Below are positions 54,720 to 64,000 of a DNA stretch of 64,000 nucleotides, piece by piece (the stretch's first letter is position 1; each line of letters opens with the position of its first letter). The notes beneath the pieces were generated by a model. The model saw nothing but the letters and a program-made list of their open reading frames with translations. It was not told the origin of the DNA and made no database searches. Source of the stretch: Octopus vulgaris (taxonomy: Eukaryota); assembly GCA_951406725.2 (NCBI GenBank), contig OX597821.1, positions 100,440,001 through 100,504,000 on the forward strand, in the 5' to 3' direction. A program made the position numbers and the translations under genes.

Positions 54720-54965
54720 GTTCCTTCTCGTGCCATGCCATGCTCATAAGGGCCAGTTTCCCGGTTTCAGTGACGTAGAAATTCCCCACCTGGACGGGAC
54801 GCCAGTCTGTCGCAAGATTATTCATTTTTTTGCCAGCTAAGTAGACTTGAGCAACGCGAAATGAAATGTTTTGCTCAAGAACAACGCATCGCCCGGTGCA
54901 GTAAACGAACCCACAACTTTACGATCATGTGTTCAACGCCCTAACCACTAAGCCACGCGCCTCTA
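54720..54965 (-). mobile_element. V-domain SINE
   Basis: ctggacgggacgccagtc.gtcgca (V-like), ctaaccactaagccacgcgcctc head. Confidence 0.72.
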
Positions 54966-55042
54966 CCAACAGGAAGAAACATTTAACAAAAACATTTTCT
55001 TAGCTTGTATCGACTCGAGTTGAGTTTTATTATTATTTTTTC

Positions 55043-55445
55043 CAAGGCAGCGAGCTGGCAGAAGCGTTAGCACGCCGGGCGAAATGCTTAGTGGTATTTC
55101 GTCTGCGGTTACGTTCTGAGTTCAAATTCCGCCGAGGTCGCCTTTTCCTTTCATCCCTTCGGGGTCGATTAAATAAGTACCATTTACGCACTGGGGTCGA
55201 TATAATCGACTTAATCCGTTTGTCTGTCCTTGTTTGTCCTCTCTGTGTTTAGCCCCTTGTGGGTGGTAAAGAAATAGGTATTTCGTCTGCCGCTACGTTG
55301 TGAGTTCAAATTCCGCCAAGGTCGACTTTGTCTTTCATCCTTTCGGAGATGATAGATTATGTACCAATTGCGTACTGGGGTCGATCTAATCGACTGGCTC
55401 CCTTCCCCTAAAATTTCAGGCCTTCTGCCTATAGTAAAAAGGATT
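55043..55445 (+). mobile_element. SINE family B with 184-bp internal duplication
   Basis: gtatttcgtctg at 55094 and 55278; flanked by attatt(a)ttttttcca-like duplication. Confidence 0.82.
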
Positions 55446-55459
55446 ATTTATTTTTCCAC

Positions 55460-55965
55460 TGTGGAGGTGCGTGGATTCATGATCGTAATTTCGATTCCTG
55501 AACCGGGCGAGACATTGTGATCTTGAGCAAAACATTTTATTTCACGCTGCACCAGCCTACTCAACTAGCAAAATTGAGTAATCATGAGATGGATCGGTGT
55601 CCTGTCCAGGTGGGGATTATATACGCCATGGAAACCGGAAAACCAGCCCTCATGAGTCGGTATGACTCGACAAGGAAACTAACTTTTAAAGGCGGCGAGC
55701 TGGCAGAATTGTTAGCACGCCGGGGGGATATGCCTACCGGTATTTCGTCAGCCGTTACATTCTGAGTTCAAATTCCGCCGAGGTCGACTTTGCCTTTCGT
55801 CATTTCGGGGTCGATTAAATAAGTACCAGTTACGCACTGGGGTCGATATTATCGATTTAATTCGTGTGTCTGTCCTTGTTTGTCCTCTCTGTGTTTAACC
55901 CCTTGTGGTAGTAAAGAATTTCATCTGCTGTTAGATTCTGAGTTCAAATTCCGACTTTGCCTTTC
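55460..55965 (+). mobile_element. Degenerate V-domain SINE followed by SINE family B (55689-55965)
   Basis: Shared motifs with the 25477 and 55043 copies. Confidence 0.7.
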
Positions 55966-56807
55966 GGCATCGATGTATATGCATATACTTTTGATCAGTG
56001 GTTTTGCAGACCAAAAAATACATTTTAGCAACGAATTGTTTTATATGAAAAAGAAATTTTAATCTGTTTTAGTTTTCAAGTACTGTTCTGTTCTCTATAT
56101 CTTTTACTAGTTCCACAATGGATTATTTTCTCAAGAAGTTATCTATTTCATTAAAGAGAAGAATTTTACTTCTTATTATAGACATTTCAATGAGTACTAT
56201 CTTCAAGTATTTGCAGCTTCATTTAACCGCACCTGCTACCAGGATATCTTCTAGGGAGAGCTCACTCCTAACAATAGCATCTAATAAAAGAAGCGTATTT
56301 GTATCTCTTCCGACAGAACATTTGGTCGCTTTATTCACTCATATTTGAAGCGGATATAATTCTATAACATAAACTGTCATTAGCTCAACACCTCTGGCTT
56401 TTTACCCAACTGGGTTTCCAAACGAATAAACCAGTGTTTTTATTAATATCAGCAAATATTAGCCTACAGCAACGACACAATTACATGAGACAACGAAGGA
56501 CTTGTTAAACAGCAGAGCTGTTTAACCAATTAATTGATCGGTTAGTTAGCTAGAGAGAAAACCGTCGCTCTACTGAAGACAAATATGCGTTCACGGTTGG
56601 AAAATCTTACAGAATGGCGGTGACGGGCTATTCTTATCTTCTTTTAGTAAGTAGTTATTCCCCTTTGTTTTCCTATACAGCATATGTTGTTGGTTTTGTT
56701 GTTAGATTCTTAATAATATTGTTTCATGATTTTTAACGTGAATTTTTGCCTGAAAGCAAAGACACATTGTATTCATGTAATTTTATTACATCAATGGTTT
56801 CTGGCAG

Positions 56808-56810
56808 AGT

Positions 56811-56878
<68 letters not shown>

Positions 56879-56915
56879 CAGCAGTAGTAGTAGTAGTAGT
56901 AGCAGCAGCAGGAGC

Positions 56916-56983
<68 letters not shown>

Positions 56984-56993
56984 CAGTAGCAGC
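56808..56993 (+). repeat. (GTA)n/(GCA)n microsatellite
   Basis: Direct reading. Confidence 0.95.
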
Positions 56994-58342
56994 ACTTATT
57001 TTTTTTTATGCATATCTGTCACCGTATATAGGGCTACATTATCTCTTCCCTTCACACTGTAGATAGGACAAGATATGTCTTTCCGTTCTTAAAGACACGA
57101 AGGCACATTTGGTTATTTCCGGCAGATCAACCAAGTAGTCACGTAGAGGTTCTCTCATTGGCTGCCGAATATGTTGACAGTGACGGCTAATCATATATAT
57201 ATATATAGTAATTTCAGAAATCCTGCTGCATCATAAGAGAACTTCTTCACTATCGCTAAACCTGCCGAAAAATGGCGGACACATTTCCCTCAAATTACTG
57301 TCTTTTGTCTTGACAATGGAAAAGAAGCGATGGATAATGCATTTCTAGTTATATTTTCTTTTTTTTTTAATTACTTATTTCATTTATTAGACTGCGGCCA
57401 TGCTGGGGCACCACCTTGAAGCGTTTAGTTATTAAATGACCCCCAGTACTTAATTTCTATCTGAAACCTGGCAGTTATTCTTCCAGTCTCTTTTGCCATA
57501 TTGCTAAGTTATAATCAACGTACACACTTCTCCGACATATGCTGAAATTCTGGCCAAATTTGAAAGTAATATGAAGAAAATATTCTAGTTCGAATCGGTG
57601 TTGAATTTATATTCGTGGATATAGAAATAATCAAGGATAAGTATTAAATAATCATACAATGAGATGATAGAAATTTTGTGGTTTATGTTACGCACTAAAA
57701 TTAAAATACCAGTGAAAGAACCACCGAGATTAAGTATTAACTGAAGAGTAAACATTTGGAGGTGGACACATGAATCAAGGTAAATATCTATTAAAACAAT
57801 ACATTCTTTAACGGAGTGTGTTACATTTTTCTCAGAGAATCAGTTATTTTCTCCATCAGGCATTACAAGAAAGGTAATATTTCACTAACCTTCGGCTTTA
57901 CTGTATTCTAGTAATTATTTGCTGCTTCAATACTTTAGAGTCTGTCTATTATATCAAATTAGGACAGTAATTATTTTGACAACTTTTGTACGTGTAAAAG
58001 CATTGCGGTAAAAGCATTGCAGTAAAATCATTGCGGTAAGAAACAAGATGTGGATAGAAATGTAACCCAGAATACGTAAACACACCAACACTACTTGTCA
58101 AGCGGTGGTGGACGACACACACCGACACAAAATACACATACAGACGCGCATACACGCGCGCGCGCATACTCGCAATGGACTTTCTGTGTTCATCTACCAT
58201 ATCCACTCACAAGGCTCTGGTCTGCCCGCGGTAGAAGACACTTGTTCAATGTGCCACACAGTGGGAACTGAACCCAGAACCAAGTGGTTCGGAAGCAAAC
58301 CTCTTTATTTCATACGGGCTTCCATCTTTTCACAAACATATC

Positions 58343-58735
58343 TCATGACAGACACTTCTTCTCCAGCCTGATCTTATTACAGAGATAGTAACTAAAAAGT
58401 TTAACCAGCCCCTGGCCAGAGGCAAAGGTACCTGTCACTATACCTTTCACACAAGTCTTCCATACTGTTTCTTTCAGTATGGCTACTACGCAGAGAAAAC
58501 AAGCCTTCCTTTCCCTGTTAAAGAAAGGCGGTGTCACAATCTCGATGATAGACTCAGCTGATAGCTGTACTCTTCCCATCACTGACAATAGTTGTTCGAC
58601 AAAAGCTATCAGTCCCGGGAACTCCTGACACTCCACGAATGCGTGCAAGACGGTTTCCCTATTTTGCCCACATCTTGGGCATTCGGCGAGACGGCACTTC
58701 CGTGCCTTGACCGCTTGCGGAAGCGAACTTCTTAC
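58343..58735 (-). pseudogene. Tx1/L1-type LINE ORF2 C-terminal fragment
   Basis: CPRCGQNRETVLHAFVEC zinc knuckle, then VVAILKETVWK; abuts (GACA)n/(GATA)n. Confidence 0.7.
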
Positions 58736-58812
58736 TACACAGAGAGAAAGAGAAAGACAGACAGACAGACAGACAGACTTACAGATAGACAGACTTACAG
58801 ACAGACAGACAG

Positions 58813-58890
<78 letters not shown>

Positions 58891-59199
58891 GGATGGATGG
58901 ATGGATGGATGGATGGATGGATGGATGGATGGATGAATGCATGCATGCATGCATGGATATCTAAATAAAAATATGAAAATATTTTATATAGTTTGTTTGC
59001 ATAATTGATCAATTAATTAATAAAACAATTAATCTTCAACCATTCAGACCTTAAAGTTATGACAGATTTTCTAGCAGACATTTTTGTGGCGGTAAGGTTG
59101 CAGAGTATGAGAGATTTTTGCCTTGATTTCTTTAATACCCAAGCACACAAAATGAATGAATGAATGAATGAATGAATCAATCAATCAATCAATCAATAT

Positions 59200-59234
<35 letters not shown>

Positions 59235-59394
59235 CATACATATTGCATTAGCCACTTCAAAGCTGACAATGTTTAAATTCTAAAGTATAAGCGACAAGAA
59301 GAGCAAATGAAGAAGAAACAGAGAGGTAGAAGATGCATGTGTGCATATATGAATGTGTACACATGCATGCGTGTGTAAATGGAACACAATTTAC

Positions 59395-59466
<72 letters not shown>

Positions 59467-59555
59467 CATATTATACAAATATGTATAGTTTTCGTACACA
59501 CTCATATGTACACGTGTGTGTATGTATATATGTAAGTGTAACTTATTAATATAAA

Positions 59556-59661
<106 letters not shown>

Positions 59662-60533
59662 TACATGTATGCATGTATGTATGTATTATTGCTTTCGCCA
59701 CTTCAAAAGCAACAGTGTTTAAATTGTAAGCTATATACTAACAGAAAAATAACATGATAGAGAGTGAGAGGGGCAGCAGGTAGAGGGTGGAAATGAGGAG
59801 TATTGTAGACAGAGAGCGAGAACAGACCTTTGGCATTCTTTAATGATATTGACATTACAAGTATGGTTACTACATATATTTTTGTTGTCGTTGTTATTGT
59901 TGTTGTTGTTTAATATATATCAAGAGCAGGTCATAGCAGGATCCATATTTACTATTTAATCAGTGGTATTGTAGGAGCAACTTTATAAAATTTATGTTTT
60001 AGCCTTGAGAGATATAAAGAACAAAAAGAAAAAAAAATGGCGGTGATCTCAGGATGGTGGTAGTTAATAAATAATACTAAAGATATCAAATGACTTCGAC
60101 AAAGGAATCGGTCAAAACGTATATCGATCAATAGAACAAGCATGAGTACTTCGATATTTACCAATAAGATATCTTTGTTAAATGTCATGCACACGCATGC
60201 ACAACCAATACATGTTCAGCTAGTCACAACTACAAGTAACTCACACAGTGATAAGTAGATAGATAGATAGAGAGAGAGAAAGAGAGACAGATAAATACAT
60301 ACATACATACATAAAAATAGATACATACATATATACATACATGCATGCATACATACATACATACATGAAAATAGATACATACGTACGTACATATATGTCT
60401 ATATGAATACAAACTTAAAAATAAAGAGAGAAATGGATAATAAATACATATATACATACAGACAGACAGACAGGCAGACAAACAGACAGACACATGCAGA
60501 TAGCTAGATAGACAGACAGACAGACAGATAGAC

Positions 60534-60574
<41 letters not shown>

Positions 60575-60580
60575 CATACA

Positions 60581-60614
<34 letters not shown>

Positions 60615-61358
60615 CATACATACATACATACATACATACATAAAAATAGATACATACATAAATACATACATGAAAATAGATACATACATACATATATGTA
60701 TACATGAATACAAACATAAAAATAGAGAAATAGATAGATACATACATATATACATACATATATACATACAGACAGACAGACAGACAGACAGATAGACAGA
60801 CAGATAGATAGATAATGACAGTAAAAGTGATAAGAATATAGGCCATTCTGGCGTGACGTACGTGACAGTGAGAAACACAAATTACGAAATATCTGAGCTA
60901 TAAATCTCGTACATTTACAAGAATTGTATTGATTAATTTTCACATTAAAGTCTGACTCCTCGGGCAAATATTTAAATTCAAAAACATTTTACCTGGAATG
61001 TATGATGGATTTTTGAAAGAGGATCCAAAAAGTGTATGAGGTAGGTGATACCGCACAAAATAACTTTTTCCGCCTGAAAATATCGGTTTCAAATTTTGGC
61101 AAAAGGCCAGTAATTTGTGGAGACGTGTTAAGTCGATTACGCCAACACCAATGCTTAACTAGTAATTACTTTATTGACCCCTGAAATGGATGAAAAGCAA
61201 AATCAACCTCGGTGGAATTTGAACTTGGGACAGTGTTTTGCCTGGCACGGTAACGAGTCTTCTAGGTCGCCGATTTAGTTTTGCTTGAAAATGTTGACCG
61301 CTGATTCTTTTGAATTTCTCCAGAGCGGCATAAAAAATCTGATGATGTTTGTTTACAT

Positions 61359-61908
61359 CAGTGGTTCTCGACCAGGTCCATATAAATTTGGTGGGGGAGT
61401 CCATGTAACAAAATAGTAAATTTGGGATTCACAGTAGTATTTTAAGGACCCTGAAAAAACTGTTACATTAGATGTATGTATTTGTATGTTTTGCAAGAAA
61501 CAGGTTTCTTTCTCTCGCATTTTTCATAGTTCAACCTACACAAGTTTCTGTGTGGAAAAGAAATTGGAATTTTAGAAGAAGTTTCTATAAAACTAGTTTT
61601 TAAATATCGAGTGGTTATGGTGTTCCACCAGAATAAGATAGTAATCAAAGGGGCCCATAGGTAAAAAAAAAAATGGTTGAGAACTCCTGCTTTAAATGTA
61701 TGTATGTGTATGTATTGCAAGAAACAGGTTTCTTTCTCTAATATTTTACATAGTTCAACCTACACAAGTTAATGTGAGATTAACAAAATAGGAATTTTGA
61801 AAGAAGTTTCTATAAGACTAGTTTTTAAATATCGAATGGTGATGGGATCTACCAGAGTAAAACAGTATTCAAAGGGGACAATACATAAAAAATGATTGAG
61901 AACCCCTG
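61359..61908. mobile_element. hAT-type MITE with duplicated right half
   Basis: TIR cagtggttctc...gagaacccctg; 8-bp TSD gtttacat at 61351-61358 and 61909-61916; internal extra right end gagaactcctg ending at 61689. Confidence 0.82.
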
Positions 61909-62204
61909 GTTTACATTGACCTTGAAATTTGGTAAGAATCGCTTAATGAGTTTTCTGGACGACAATGTCTCTGGTTACAACTCTCAGTTACCTGATGCGA
62001 CGTGCATGACAAATGGATTTGACATTTTGAAGACGAGTATTTTCTATAGCTTCCAAAGAGAGTAGATTGTTCTTGTATCGACATCTGGTCGAAATTAAAC
62101 CATTTCAACATACTTTCGCGGGTATATTGTTATTTTTCTGGGCATTCTAAAAACAAGGTTTTGAAAACCTCTTTTAGTTTAACTTCCACGAGAATGGCCG
62201 ATAG

Positions 62205-62745
62205 TACAGGTGCCGGCATGGCAGTGGGGCAAGGAGTTTACTTTCCAGCCACATGGCTCCGGATTCAGTCTTACTGTGCGATACCTTGGGCAAGTATGTT
62301 CTGCTGTAGCTTTGGACTAACCCAAATCGCTATGAGTGGATTTGGTAAACGGAAACTGAAAGAAGCTCGTGTGGTAAGTAGCTTGCTTACTAACCATATG
62401 GTTCTGGGTTCAGTCCCACTGCGTTGCACCTTGGGCTCGTGGCCTTCTCGTGAAATTAACGTGCAAGTGGTTGAGCACTCCACAGACACGTGTACCCTTA
62501 AAGTAGTTCTCGGAGAGATGCAGCACGACACGGAGTGTGATAAGGCTGCCCCTTTGAAATACAGGTCAAACAGAAACAGGAAGAAACAGTGAGAGAAAGT
62601 TGTGGTGAAAGAGTACAGCGGGGTTCACAACCACCCCCTGCCGGAGCCTCGTAGAACCTTAGGTGTTTTCGCTCAATAAACATTCACAACGCCCGGTCTG
62701 GGAATCGAAACGCTGCCCTAACCACTGGGCCATTGCGCCTCCACG
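62205..62745. mobile_element. SINE family A heads (+) abutting a tRNA-derived SINE (-, 62440-62745)
   Basis: The minus copy begins ggaggcgcaatggcccagtggttagggcagcg and shares ccacaactttctctcact with the 16609 family. Confidence 0.68.
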
Positions 62746-63022
62746 TATCTAAATATAATATTGAAACATATCACGCGAATGCCCAAGTGTTTACGAAATC
62801 GGCAGCTAAGTTGATAACAAGATCAACAGTCAGCTGGTCAGAAAAATTTGTGATAGATAAGCCATAGACACAGCTCTGTACTTGACAGAGAATTCGAACT
62901 GCTGATCTTTCGTCTTGTTGTCAAACAGCCTATCGTCTCTAACATTGAAAAAAATTTCCCGCCTTTGTGATATTCTATCTGCTTGAATGTCTGTCTATCT
63001 GTATGTTTGTATGAGAGTGTGT

Positions 63023-63065
<43 letters not shown>

Positions 63066-63766
63066 TGTGTGTTTGAATGGACGCAGGCATAGCTATGTGA
63101 TTAAGAAGTTCGCATAGCAGCCACTTGGTTAGGGGTTCAGCCCTATTGTGTGTAGTGCCTTGAACAAGTGACTTCTTCCTTACCACCGCGTTGATAGATG
63201 CCTTGCGAGTGAATTTGGAAGACGAACACTGTGTGAAAGATTGTCGTGTGCCTCTTTTATCTTACCTTGTTTCTTTACACTGTTGGTTTCAATCAATGGA
63301 CAGCGGCCATTCTGGAGCACCGTTTTTGAAGGTTTTAGTCGATCAAATCGACCTGTGTACATATTTGATTAAGCCTTCTACTTATTCTATCGGTAAAGAG
63401 TTTCTTTACCGAAACTCTAAGCTACAGGAACTTAAACAAATCAACACCGGTTGTCACACTGTAGAGAGGTAAGAAAGAGAAACACACACACACACACACA
63501 CACAGTCAGACACACACGCACAAAGTCACACCATACGCAGAGTCTCACACACGGTCACACACACAACCACACACACTCACACACACACGGTCACACACAC
63601 ACATACACACATATATGCATGTATGCACGACGGCGTTTTTCCAGTTTTCCTTTAACTTGCCCAATGTGCCACGCAATAGGACTGGGCCCTGAACCATAGC
63701 GGGTGGAATGCCTGCAAATTTCTCGTTAGTTCTAGAAACATTTTGATTTTTTTATTCACTAATAAA

Positions 63767-64000
63767 AGGCGCAGGAGTGGGTGTGTGGTAAGTAGCTTGC
63801 TAACCAGCCACATTGTTCCGGGTTCAGTCCCACTGCGTGGCATCTTGAGCAAGTGTCTTCTGCTATAGCCCCGGGCCGACCAATGCCTTGTGAGTGGATT
63901 TGGTAGACGGAAACTGAAAAAAGCCTGTAGTACATATGTATATATATATATATGTATATGTGTTTGTGTGTCTGTGTTTGTCTCCCTAGCATTGCTTGAC
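63767..64000 (+). mobile_element. SINE family A running off the window end
   Basis: aggcgcaggagtgg.tgtgtggtaagtagcttgc head. Confidence 0.8.

Noticed and set aside
61990-62085. Possible 93-nt minus-strand exon (ag/ATGTCG...CATCAG/gtaact)
   Set aside because: Weak acceptor and no recognisable product; cannot be supported without transcript data.

Overview
Repeat-saturated, AT-rich animal genomic DNA. The SINE families and dense microsatellite landscape look like a coleoid cephalopod such as Octopus (inference). Most ORFs in the track are microsatellite artefacts and no host gene is confidently identifiable; two splice-compatible minus-strand exon candidates lie near 43.1-44.8 kb. Recognisable content: a young 5'-truncated Penelope-like retroelement (RT + GIY-YIG, 2844-4952) plus older PLE remnants; R4/Dong-like and Tx1/L1-like LINE fragments; a mariner remnant; mariner, Merlin-like and hAT MITEs; a probable non-autonomous Helitron; three groups of tRNA-derived SINEs; and a tRNA-Glu pseudogene. 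The main hidden signal is about 16 minimal type-I hammerhead ribozyme motifs, some decayed, from at least 6 distinct sequence families. They sit in PLE-type terminal repeats almost always bounded by (TA)n. Several are arranged as head-to-head fold-back pairs, one family carries a recurrent non-canonical CUGUNGA core, and one has a greatly extended stem II. All calls were made by eye, without database searches.
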